Source: a virus (lineage: Duplodnaviria; Caudoviricetes). Taken from it: 49,755 bases of DNA. This document shows, piece after piece, positions 9,845-18,389 of the stretch. The DNA is taken from IMG/VR virus record IMGVR_UViG_3300020187_003788, positions 1 through 49,755 of that record; one strand, given 5' to 3'. Each line of letters begins with the position of its first letter. Position 1 is the first letter of the stretch. The notes below the pieces were generated by a model. It was not told the DNA's origin, did not search any database, and was given only the letters and a program-made list of their open reading frames with translations. Both the position numbers and the translations under genes were made by a program.

Positions 9845-10732
9845 TTAATAACATTTCTCTTGGAAGTTAATGTGAAAATTTGGTATACCTTTATATAAGC
9901 AAAACTCATTGAATCTGCTAAAGTTTTTAAATAGAAAGTTTGTATGCTGTAACAAGTAGAAGTCCACTAGTGCTTCTTTAGCTATCTTTGTTCTGCCGTA
10001 TGCTTCTTCCATCTTTAATTCTATGTCTGTAGATTTTTCGCCTTTTTCGTGTCCAGTGCCACAACCTGGGGGAGCAAAATATCTCTCTGTTATGATAGTG
10101 TTTCCATATTCTTTTTCAAATAAATTAGCAAATTGTCTTGAGTCAGTTGCGAGAAAAAACTTATAGTTATCACAGGCCTTTAAAAATGCCCTAGGAGAGT
10201 CAAATAAAACATGATCTATCTTCTCTTTAAATATATTAAAGATAGTATCTATAGCATTTCTTTCTCCCTGAAAGCGGTTGGAGTTTCCTGTTTTGGGAGG
10301 AAGGACTTCTCCGTTAGATGTTCTAGCATGCACACCAACTACATAATTACCTGAAAAATATTTCTCGCGAACTTCATTAATTTCGGCCGCAATAGCTCCA
10401 TGGACATTAATCCGATTAAATACCTCATAAAACTTCTTAGACTCTTCTTTTGATTTGAGTGGGTTTTTAATAACTAACCTTGAATCTGAGTGGGGTTCAG
10501 CTTCTTTTTTGTATTGATCTATACATCTTTCATTTAAGATAACTTCTATATCTGTATCTATGTTTTGAAAATATTCCCCAAATAAATTCTTGTCGACTTT
10601 ACTGGCCCAGTGGCCCCGCATATCAATGAGTATGTCTTTTTTATTCTGCTCACAATACATTAATGCATTAGTGAGATGCCATAAAGTATCACCCCAGCCA
10701 GTATCGCGAGAAAAATAGTAATAATTATTCAT
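9845..10732 (-). CDS. NodZ-like alpha-1,6-fucosyltransferase (GT23)
   Basis: TGWGDTLW, VVGVHARTSNGE (compare NodZ IGIHVRHGNGE), FLATDS and ALVDFYLL. Confidence 0.78.
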   Translation of the reverse strand: MNNYYYFSRDTGWGDTLWHLTNALMYCEQNKKDILIDMRGHWASKVDKNLFGEYFQNIDTDIEVILNERCIDQYKKEAEPHSDSRLVIKNPLKSKEESKKFYEVFNRINVHGAIAAEINEVREKYFSGNYVVGVHARTSNGEVLPPKTGNSNRFQGERNAIDTIFNIFKEKIDHVLFDSPRAFLKACDNYKFFLATDSRQFANLFEKEYGNTIITERYFAPPGCGTGHEKGEKSTDIELKMEEAYGRTKIAKEALVDFYLLQHTNFLFKNFSRFNEFCLYKGIPNFHINFQEKCY

Positions 10733-10746
10733 GGCTAAAAATTATT

Positions 10747-11631
10747 TCATAATACATTATTCCATTTAAATAATTTTAATCCTAATATATCTTCTTCTGA
10801 ATCAATAAAATCTTGTTGTATTTGTGGCTTTTTTATAAAATTATAATCTTGTAAATACTGAGCTTTTTGAGCCATTGATTTATCTTCTGTGTATTCCATT
10901 TTTTGTTTGCCGTGGTGCTCTATTGAAATTTTTGCATTTTCGTTGACTTTATAATGATAAAAACAAAAATGTTCTTGTTCTATATTCACACTAGTTTTGT
11001 TTTGACTAGGAGGAAAGTGGGGCGAATTCTTGTATCTTAAATTAGTCTTCTCGGGATTAAATATATATTTAGGGCCAACCCTTGAGAATTTATCCAAACA
11101 CTTTGTCTTTTGTGTTACTAAGCCGCCGACATTGATGAATGCAGATTCAAAAAATTTACAACCTAATAATAAAATATCTTGTTTATTTTTATCTAGAAAG
11201 CTTTTTATATTATTGTGTCTGTTACTGTAATAAAATTCATCACAATCTATAGTCGATACTCTATTGTGTTTTTTGGCATAATTTTTATAAAAGTGATTAA
11301 GGGCAGTGGCTTGTTCGTAGGCATGGACTTGATGATGCTCTAGATAGTTGCCTCTTTTATCCTTAGGTAGCCATTTGATGAAGGTACAGTGGTCGCTATA
11401 CCTTTCCTTGATTTTATTATAATGCTTGTAAATATTGTTGTAGGAAATTTGACCCACTAAAGGTATATTAATCTCTCTTTTAGTATCTCTTTGTAAGCAA
11501 GGTATTCCAGGGTGAGAACTTTCGTAAAAATAAAAATGATCTACTCCGAAATCAAGGTGATACTTTAACCATTCTTCAAAGTGAAAAAGATTGGGACGAA
11601 AAAACAAATGTGTGAAAACAGCATAGTTCAC
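10747..11631 (-). CDS. GT92/DUF23-like glycosyltransferase
   Basis: EEWLKYHLDFGVDHFYFYE, Q..A.NH, IDCDEF, K.IFNP and HY. Confidence 0.75.
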   Translation of the reverse strand: MNYAVFTHLFFRPNLFHFEEWLKYHLDFGVDHFYFYESSHPGIPCLQRDTKREINIPLVGQISYNNIYKHYNKIKERYSDHCTFIKWLPKDKRGNYLEHHQVHAYEQATALNHFYKNYAKKHNRVSTIDCDEFYYSNRHNNIKSFLDKNKQDILLLGCKFFESAFINVGGLVTQKTKCLDKFSRVGPKYIFNPEKTNLRYKNSPHFPPSQNKTSVNIEQEHFCFYHYKVNENAKISIEHHGKQKMEYTEDKSMAQKAQYLQDYNFIKKPQIQQDFIDSEEDILGLKLFKWNNVL

Positions 11632-12428
11632 AATATAATTTTTTCTTCCCCATACTTATCGAACATCTCTTGAAAGTTTGATATTTTATCGTATGCTTTT
11701 TTACCAAATACCCTTCTGTCTGTACCAAGGAAGTTTTCTATATTGTTGTAATCTACTTCTATGTCAAGATAGTCAATTAATTTATTGAATTTTGATAGTC
11801 TTTCATCGTAGTTTTCCAAACCGTAAAGGTCTTCGTATTTAGAGATATAAGAATCAAATGGTAGTAATGAATGATAGTAAGGTATGTACTTTTTGTACCA
11901 AGCAGTGCGACGTTTAATCGGCGGCTCTTCAAGTTCTTGATACTCGAAAGAGTCAACTTTTGATTTATGCTCTTTATCTTCTCCTAGTTGCCAAACTTGA
12001 ACTTGGTTTGCAAGCTGCCAAGATATAGCGGGGTAGAAAGCACTCTCTCTGTATTGAAATATAATTTTAATTCCATGTGCGACACAATACTCCATGAAAT
12101 GCTCATTGCCCGGCTCAGAAACAGTACACCATACATGCTTGACTCCGTCAAACTCCTGAAAAAGAGAATCAAGAAAAGGCCAAAGCAAATCCCTATCTTC
12201 AGAAATATTATTGAATTTATTAAAATAAGGAATATTTTTTGACTCAGGTAAACTATCAGGATTCATGTTGTGCTCCTCAATGATTTTAGCATACCTTGGG
12301 TTGTGCTCGAGGTCTCCAGTTAAGCAAGAAAGAGGCTCGTGAACTATCCTATCGTTTTTATTTAAAGCAGCAATAAGGCTGGTAGTGCCAGCCCGCTCCT
12401 GTCCGAATATGGCAAATTTAGAACCCAT
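11628..12428 (-). CDS. Stf0-like sulfotransferase
   Basis: FAIFGQERAGTTSL, HEP, KIIFQYRE...AISW and YEDL. Confidence 0.7.
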   Translation of the reverse strand: MGSKFAIFGQERAGTTSLIAALNKNDRIVHEPLSCLTGDLEHNPRYAKIIEEHNMNPDSLPESKNIPYFNKFNNISEDRDLLWPFLDSLFQEFDGVKHVWCTVSEPGNEHFMEYCVAHGIKIIFQYRESAFYPAISWQLANQVQVWQLGEDKEHKSKVDSFEYQELEEPPIKRRTAWYKKYIPYYHSLLPFDSYISKYEDLYGLENYDERLSKFNKLIDYLDIEVDYNNIENFLGTDRRVFGKKAYDKISNFQEMFDKYGEEKIIL

Positions 12429-13104
12429 AATTAAAATAATTTAAATCTTCTACAAAATGATTAGATATTATATCTCTAGTGTCTGCTGTATAGTAGTCTT
12501 TGTAGCTCTTTTTCTTTTTATATTCACTGCTGCTGTTTTGCCGCCAATCATTAAAGCCAGTGTCTTTCGAGAAATTAAAACGTTCAGATAAATCTTTTAG
12601 GCATGACTCTATATCTTCGACCTTATAAAATTTGTCTAGATAAATAGATGAGCCAACTTTTGCTCGACTCACATAAGAGTCATAATACCCTGCGTGAAAC
12701 TTTTTGATATTACCTTGATTGTAAGCATAATCAATAAAACCTTCGAAGTCATCCCTGATATAGTAATCATGGAATTTCTGTACATAGGGCATCATTGGTG
12801 AGTCAATTTTATTTTCGACAAAATAATCAAATTTCCAACCGCCTAAATATGTATACATTGATACAACTCGGTCAAATGGATTTCTGACTACCGTGAACTT
12901 GAAGTATTCTTCATATTCGGGTACATCTTGAGCTATACCGGAAAGAGCCCTCTCGCAGGTGGTTCTGTATTTATCTTCATAGTCTTGCTGATTTTGGTTG
13001 TTTTCATAATTAGGCTCTATATTAGATAATAAATAATGCTTTATGAAGGTCCCGGCAGACTTTGGGATATGTATATAAATAAATTTATGCTCATGACTAT
13101 ACAT
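12418..13104 (-). CDS. Sulfotransferase family 2
   Basis: FIYIHIPKSAGT, FTVVRNPFDRVVSMY, YKDYY and DLNYFNYGF. Confidence 0.9.
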   Translation of the reverse strand: MYSHEHKFIYIHIPKSAGTFIKHYLLSNIEPNYENNQNQQDYEDKYRTTCERALSGIAQDVPEYEEYFKFTVVRNPFDRVVSMYTYLGGWKFDYFVENKIDSPMMPYVQKFHDYYIRDDFEGFIDYAYNQGNIKKFHAGYYDSYVSRAKVGSSIYLDKFYKVEDIESCLKDLSERFNFSKDTGFNDWRQNSSSEYKKKKSYKDYYTADTRDIISNHFVEDLNYFNYGF

Positions 13105-13948
13105 CGATTTTATCCATAACTTCTGGGTTATCCAAGTTGTCTAGCAAAAATTGCTTACCATCTTCTCCGCAAAGGTGACAGAGATAAAATTCTTTATTAG
13201 CATCTCCTTTTTCAAAACATGCTTGATAGTTAGCATTCCAGACCCATTGAAGAGGTTTGTGATAATCAGTAACATCAGTCTTGGCATAAGCGTAACCGTA
13301 CATATCTTGGTCGATAAAATCTTTCGGCTCTCCAAAAACTTCTAAAACTGGATTCTCGATTAAATTATGATCCTTTAGGAATTGAACTATACTATATTGA
13401 TCAGGCAAAACTGAAGTCATCTTTTCGACGATCTTTCTGCTCATGATATAACACCCAAGATTAAGGTTGTATTTTGGTATTTTACGATTTGTTTTCTCAT
13501 TTAACCAGTAAACATCTTCATCTTTAGGTATAGCCTTCAAGTAATCTTTCATGAAGATTTCGTTTTTAGCGACAACAGCTTCATTGAAGCCGTATTGCAT
13601 CATGAAATCGTCATCTTTATGGAACTCGAATATGTCGGGGGCAGTCTTACTAACAACCATATCTAGATCAAGCAGCGCGAATTTATCATAATCCGTCTTC
13701 ATAAACTCATGAAGAAAAAGAATCTTAACAAAAGTGCTTTTTTGGTAATGAGTAAAATCATATCGATGTATCTCTTGGTATCCAGGAAAATCATTCATGG
13801 AAATAATTTTCAGATCACACCCGATTTTATTGGCATACTTTTCAAGAGAACCCAGGCAATGCGGTACCCAAGCTACATCTTTATACCCGGGATTAGCAAA
13901 ATCAGTATCCTTGGGTAAATCATTAATTACATATATTACATTACTCAT
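13097..13948 (-). CDS. GT-A fold glycosyltransferase (GT8/GT34-like)
   Basis: YANKIGCD, LLDLDMVV..APDIF, NLGCYIM, DQD, WNA and HLCG. Confidence 0.65.
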   Translation of the reverse strand: MSNVIYVINDLPKDTDFANPGYKDVAWVPHCLGSLEKYANKIGCDLKIISMNDFPGYQEIHRYDFTHYQKSTFVKILFLHEFMKTDYDKFALLDLDMVVSKTAPDIFEFHKDDDFMMQYGFNEAVVAKNEIFMKDYLKAIPKDEDVYWLNEKTNRKIPKYNLNLGCYIMSRKIVEKMTSVLPDQYSIVQFLKDHNLIENPVLEVFGEPKDFIDQDMYGYAYAKTDVTDYHKPLQWVWNANYQACFEKGDANKEFYLCHLCGEDGKQFLLDNLDNPEVMDKIDV

Positions 13949-14874
13949 AGTTTTGTTATCTCTAAGTCTTCGTCCAATAAACCCCAGTTGTCAGGGTTAG
14001 GGTTATTTATCATTTTATTTCTTATATCAAGAGAGTTTACTTTTCTTTCTCCTTGATGTTGAGCGTGCGGCTGTGTTGAATCATTAGATGCACCTTCATT
14101 TCTTTCATGATATTGGTGATAAAAGTCTCCATCGATAGCTAGGCATAAGTTATATATATCTTCGTGCTGGGCGATTCGATTTAAGAATTCAGTATCCATG
14201 CTATTCATGTAAACAAGATCCTCGTTGAAACCTTTATGTTCTAAGTAACAATCCCTGTCCACCATCATAACTCCAACAGCCCCGCCGTAAAAAGGAAAAA
14301 TTTCTTCATTGGGCATCAAGCGACTATAGTGATTGTGCTCGTGGCAAATATCTACTTTTTTAGCCAACTCTTGGTCATATATGAAATCCCTAAATACAGA
14401 ATGGTGAGATTGCTCTTCGTTAAGATTCCTGCGACTAGAGAAAGCTGCACGAGGCCAAGGCCAACCATAGTCTTTGACTTCATACTCATGATAAAACCAA
14501 TCCATAAATCTCTGACCAACTAATGTATCTTGATCGATCCGAGCAAAATGCTTTCCCTCTTGATGACGGAAGCCAACATTCATTGCATGAACTTCTGAAA
14601 ACGGAGAGTCTCCTTGGTGCTTGTCTGCAATATCAGGTGGAACCGTAACTATTTTAAGTAAGCCCTGTGTCTCTGAGACAAAGCGAGAGGATAGGGACTC
14701 TTTCAAGGAGCCGCTTCTAGAGCACCAGTCGACAAGGATCACTTCAGATTCATCGACCACATTATTTTTGCGAATTATTTCACAAGTATGGTTGACGGTA
14801 TTGAGGCAACGACCAACAGAATCTCCATTGTAATTATCGTTACGAGACACTAAGATATAAGATATTTTTTTCAT
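13945..14874 (-). CDS. GT2-like glycosyltransferase
   Basis: SRNDNY.GD, EVILVDW, NVGFR, RIDQD, GFNE and YHQYH. Confidence 0.7.
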   Translation of the reverse strand: MKKISYILVSRNDNYNGDSVGRCLNTVNHTCEIIRKNNVVDESEVILVDWCSRSGSLKESLSSRFVSETQGLLKIVTVPPDIADKHQGDSPFSEVHAMNVGFRHQEGKHFARIDQDTLVGQRFMDWFYHEYEVKDYGWPWPRAAFSSRRNLNEEQSHHSVFRDFIYDQELAKKVDICHEHNHYSRLMPNEEIFPFYGGAVGVMMVDRDCYLEHKGFNEDLVYMNSMDTEFLNRIAQHEDIYNLCLAIDGDFYHQYHERNEGASNDSTQPHAQHQGERKVNSLDIRNKMINNPNPDNWGLLDEDLEITKL

Positions 14875-15512
14875 CCTTGGGGGACTAATCGTTTACAATT
14901 AAAAGAAAACACTCTCTTGGAGTTAGGGACTGTAACCTGTATGCCACCTATAGATTTAAGCATATCAGAGTAAGATGATCCGGGTGTAGATATATGCTTC
15001 TCGAGATGCTTGAGGCAGTGAAAATTAATACTAGGCCTGTACTCCTTTTCAATATTTAAGTCATAAGTATTTGGTACAATATAAAATATTTTGTTCATCC
15101 AGTTAAAAACATCATTTAACCTGAGCATTATATCATGAGAATCTGTAACCACAAAAAAATTAGACTTACGGGAGTTAATTTGAATCTTATTCATTTGGGC
15201 TATATAAACATTTAAATCTTGAACTTTTTCTGACTCAAGTATAACCCCCCAGGTTTTATCCGTTATGCGTTTATTGATTTTAATAATCTCTTCAATAGCA
15301 AGCTCAGGCATAGAGCTTAAACTATGAATTTCGTTTGAGAATGAATATTCTTTATATTCCATCTTTAGTTTTTTTATTTTATTTTGATCTGTATAGTACT
15401 GTAATGATTGCTCGTACAAAAGCTCTCTATCAAGGTAGTTTAATATTTGTTGACTCTTATTCTGGTACACATCAGAAATAGATTTCATGGATTTTTTAAT
15501 AAAACAAATCAT
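14871..15512 (-). CDS. Hypothetical protein, possibly a degenerate fucosyltransferase-fold protein
   Basis: FFVVTDS and STPGSSYS resemble FUT motifs II and III, but HxRxxD is absent. Confidence 0.45.
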   Translation of the reverse strand: MICFIKKSMKSISDVYQNKSQQILNYLDRELLYEQSLQYYTDQNKIKKLKMEYKEYSFSNEIHSLSSMPELAIEEIIKINKRITDKTWGVILESEKVQDLNVYIAQMNKIQINSRKSNFFVVTDSHDIMLRLNDVFNWMNKIFYIVPNTYDLNIEKEYRPSINFHCLKHLEKHISTPGSSYSDMLKSIGGIQVTVPNSKRVFSFNCKRLVPQG

Positions 15513-15519
15513 ATTAAGT

Positions 15520-15535
15520 TGGTGGAGGTGGCGGG
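15520..15535 (-). other. tmRNA/tRNA-Ala-like 3' end fragment (CCCGCCACCTCCACCA)
   Basis: Matches the 3' T-stem strand, acceptor strand CACCUCC, discriminator A and CCA of tmRNA. No T-loop or 5' half is present nearby. Confidence 0.4.
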
Positions 15536-15723
15536 GGTAGCTTCACAACTAACCTTGATAGCTTCCTCATTAAGAGGGTAGCTGTCTTTTTTATAATTAG
15601 CTTCGCCATTTATCTCCTTATACCTTAAATAGTTTTTAACCATGATAGTATCTTTTTTTTTCCGTTAAAAAACCCATAATTTTTAGAGATAAATACAAGA
15701 AATAAAAGAATACAGTCCATAAA

Positions 15724-16263
15724 TTATGTATTACACTTGTTAATTACGAATTCAGTGATTATATCAACCCTTTTATTTTCATTAGAATAGAACCAAACCC
15801 ATGGGTAGCTATTCATTATTTTTTCAATTTTCAGTTGAGTTTTCTTAATACTATTTTCAATGATCTTTATGTCTGAATAAGATATGTCATTCATATCGAT
15901 CTTTAAATCTTTAGCAATTGATATAATCTTATTAACATCCTGATCTTTTTTGGCGGTAGTGACGTCTCGGTATTGATCGATTGATGATTCTACATCGTCT
16001 ACTTTGTCGGGATGAGTTTTTACCGCTATCTTCCTGAAAATAGATTTTATACCATCAGTAATAACGTCCTTGTCCTCTGTAGATTCATCCTTGAGGTCCT
16101 CTAGGGGGTTTTGCCTTGAAGAGTTAGAACAAAAAAAATGTACGGCCTCACAGAACAATGGAGTTGCTCGGTCAAATATAGACTCAACATCACTAAGCTC
16201 ATCTTGAACTTCGGAAGACTGGGCTTTTAATTTATGTATTAATTTTTTTTTATAATAATCCAA
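15724..16263 (-). CDS. J-domain (DnaJ-like) protein
   Basis: IKSIFRKIAVKTHPDKV with the HPD motif. Confidence 0.75.
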   Translation of the reverse strand: MDYYKKKLIHKLKAQSSEVQDELSDVESIFDRATPLFCEAVHFFCSNSSRQNPLEDLKDESTEDKDVITDGIKSIFRKIAVKTHPDKVDDVESSIDQYRDVTTAKKDQDVNKIISIAKDLKIDMNDISYSDIKIIENSIKKTQLKIEKIMNSYPWVWFYSNENKRVDIITEFVINKCNT

Positions 16264-16300
16264 AGTAAATTATTATAATAAAAGCAGAATAAAATTTAAC

Positions 16301-17314
16301 TTAAAAATCGTCTTCCAGTGAGCCGCTTTGCTGGTATTCCCTAACCCTTCTTTCGAAGAAGTTACCCATAGCCTGCACATCAACAACTTCACCAAGCCAA
16401 GGAAATGGGTTTTTGTCACTGGGGAAACGGTAATCAAGGCCAATGGCCTCAAGCCTGCGGTTCCCTATGTAGTGCATATAATCCACAAACATCTCAGCAT
16501 TTAACCCAAGTATGCCGGTAGGTAGAACATCATGGGCATATTCTATTTCAAGCTCTACGGCTTTTTTAATATGAGAAACGAACTCGTCTTGTATTTCCTT
16601 TGTCCAAATCTCAGGGTTTTGATCGATTAATGTATTTATCAAGTAAGTCCCGAAAGCTATATGGGAGCTTTCATCTCTAAGAGTATATTTAATTTGATCA
16701 GAAACACCCTGTAGTTTGTTTTGCCTGCCAAGAGCAAGCAACATGGCAAATCCACTAAAAAAGAAAGTTCCTTCGCAAACAATCCAGTAAGTTAAGAAGT
16801 TCCTTAATATCTCCTGCTTGCCTTCCTTTGAAGTGGAGTCGAAGTTTTGGTCACTGATGTCATTAGTAATACTCATTAAGAAGTCATCCTTAGCTTTGAT
16901 ACTAGGTATGTTTTCATAAGCAGCAAAAACCTCTTCAATCTCAAGATCTAGGCTATCGCATATATATACTACCGTAAGATTGTGAAGGCTTTCTTCGAAA
17001 GCTTGGCGCAGAATATATTGACGACACTCAGCATCTGTGATAAAACGAAAAGCGGATAGTAGGAGATTATTACCAACCAAAGACTCACTACCAGCAAAAA
17101 ATCCAAGACAGCGTTTAACAAGTAATTTTTCATCATCTGTAATTTCATTATTCTTCCATTGCTTGATGTCATTTTGCATTGAAATTTCTGTTGGCATCCA
17201 GTTGTTTGCACAACTCTTAAGGAATAGATCCCATGCATATTTATGTTTATGCGGTAAGATTCGGTTGACGCCAGCAATATTATCAGTAAGAAGTTCTCCA
17301 GTTTTTGTATCCAT
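16301..17314 (-). CDS. nrdB: Ribonucleotide reductase beta subunit, class Ic (R2c)-like
   Basis: W.P.EI...DI.QW, FFAGSESLVGNN, EESLH, EGTFFFSGF, RDESSH and FFERRVREY. Confidence 0.96.
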   Translation of the reverse strand: MDTKTGELLTDNIAGVNRILPHKHKYAWDLFLKSCANNWMPTEISMQNDIKQWKNNEITDDEKLLVKRCLGFFAGSESLVGNNLLLSAFRFITDAECRQYILRQAFEESLHNLTVVYICDSLDLEIEEVFAAYENIPSIKAKDDFLMSITNDISDQNFDSTSKEGKQEILRNFLTYWIVCEGTFFFSGFAMLLALGRQNKLQGVSDQIKYTLRDESSHIAFGTYLINTLIDQNPEIWTKEIQDEFVSHIKKAVELEIEYAHDVLPTGILGLNAEMFVDYMHYIGNRRLEAIGLDYRFPSDKNPFPWLGEVVDVQAMGNFFERRVREYQQSGSLEDDF

Positions 17315-17360
17315 ATAAGTATATAACGATTGATCTATATTAAAAGATCTTAATTATATG

Positions 17361-17642
17361 TCACTTTTTAAATAAAGTCAAGATTTTTTTATAAAACCAC
17401 TTGCAGGCGAAAGTAAATAGGGGAAAAAACGAAATAATAAAAACAACACTAGATATTAGTATAAAAATAAATAATGGCTCGCTATAATCAATACTGGAGT
17501 TACCGGCTATAGTTTTTTGAGTAAAGCTTCCCTGTGGGGATGAGCTAAAATTATCATTAGTAATGGGCATAGGTTTTGATGGAAGCTTTCTGAAGCAACC
17601 AGAGCAAAGTATAAAACTAATATATAGTAAATATTTAATCAT
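17361..17642 (-). CDS. Small lipoprotein with C-terminal transmembrane helix
   Basis: Hydrophobic signal with lipobox-like LCSGC; hydrophobic LFIFILISSVVFIISFFPLF followed by a basic tail. Confidence 0.6.
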   Translation of the reverse strand: MIKYLLYISFILCSGCFRKLPSKPMPITNDNFSSSPQGSFTQKTIAGNSSIDYSEPLFIFILISSVVFIISFFPLFTFACKWFYKKILTLFKK

Positions 17643-17952
17643 TTTTCCTGTATTTATTTATTACACTTAATATATTATTAAGGTTAAATGAATCTATTTT
17701 TCTTACTCTTATGTCTCCATCTTCTGGATGCATTAATATACCCGGCTCAACCTCGTGATATAATATTAAATATGTTATGTAATCATGGGCACCGTGAGAT
17801 TTAAGCCAGTTCCAATATATAGACCTAGTGCCTTTAGGGCAGGATAGTAATATATCATCAAAGCAATATATTTTACCAAATAGTGTTATATCCCTAAAAC
17901 AAGAAACCTCACTAGGGGGCTCAGATAAACTACAGTCTATTATTAGGTTCAC
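17635..17952 (-). CDS. Hypothetical protein
   Basis: 105-aa ORF with GTG start, preceded by the GTGTAA motif and overlapping the next gene. Confidence 0.55.
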   Translation of the reverse strand: MNLIIDCSLSEPPSEVSCFRDITLFGKIYCFDDILLSCPKGTRSIYWNWLKSHGAHDYITYLILYHEVEPGILMHPEDGDIRVRKIDSFNLNNILSVINKYRKND

Positions 17953-17975
17953 TAAGAAACATTACACCAACTTAC

Positions 17976-18389
17976 TTAGTGCACGTGCTTCTTAATTAAA
18001 TTCATTAATTTTAGATCTATCTTATCCGTAAAGACATCTAGGGAGTCAATATCAAACCATCCAGATTCTGTATGTTCAAAATTCAGTTTAGGTATAACAA
18101 GTTCTTCAACTTTATAGTAATATATATGAAATAAAGATTTTTTTTGGGGTATTGATTTTATAAAATGTAAGTCCTCAATAGGGGAAACTATTCCACTTTC
18201 TTCAAATAATTCTCTTACCGCACAAGCCTTGTGATCTTCATTTGGGTCTAGGGCCCCTGCAAAAATAGACCAATACCCACCAAAGGAAACTTTTTCTCCA
18301 AAGTGGGTCTCTATTCTTTTAGATAATAAAATAGATCTACCATGCAAAACTGCAACACCAGCATAATCACACACATTACTGCTACTCAC
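17976..18389 (-). CDS. NUDIX hydrolase
   Basis: Nudix box [23 protein letters not shown]; PKLNFEH...GWF. Confidence 0.92.
   Translation of the reverse strand: MSSSNVCDYAGVAVLHGRSILLSKRIETHFGEKVSFGGYWSIFAGALDPNEDHKACAVRELFEESGIVSPIEDLHFIKSIPQKKSLFHIYYYKVEELVIPKLNFEHTESGWFDIDSLDVFTDKIDLKLMNLIKKHVH

Noticed and set aside
15513-15723. Complete tRNA or tmRNA gene
   Set aside because: Only a 16-nt 3' end matches; there is no TTCGA T-loop, no 5' acceptor strand, and too little room for a full tmRNA.
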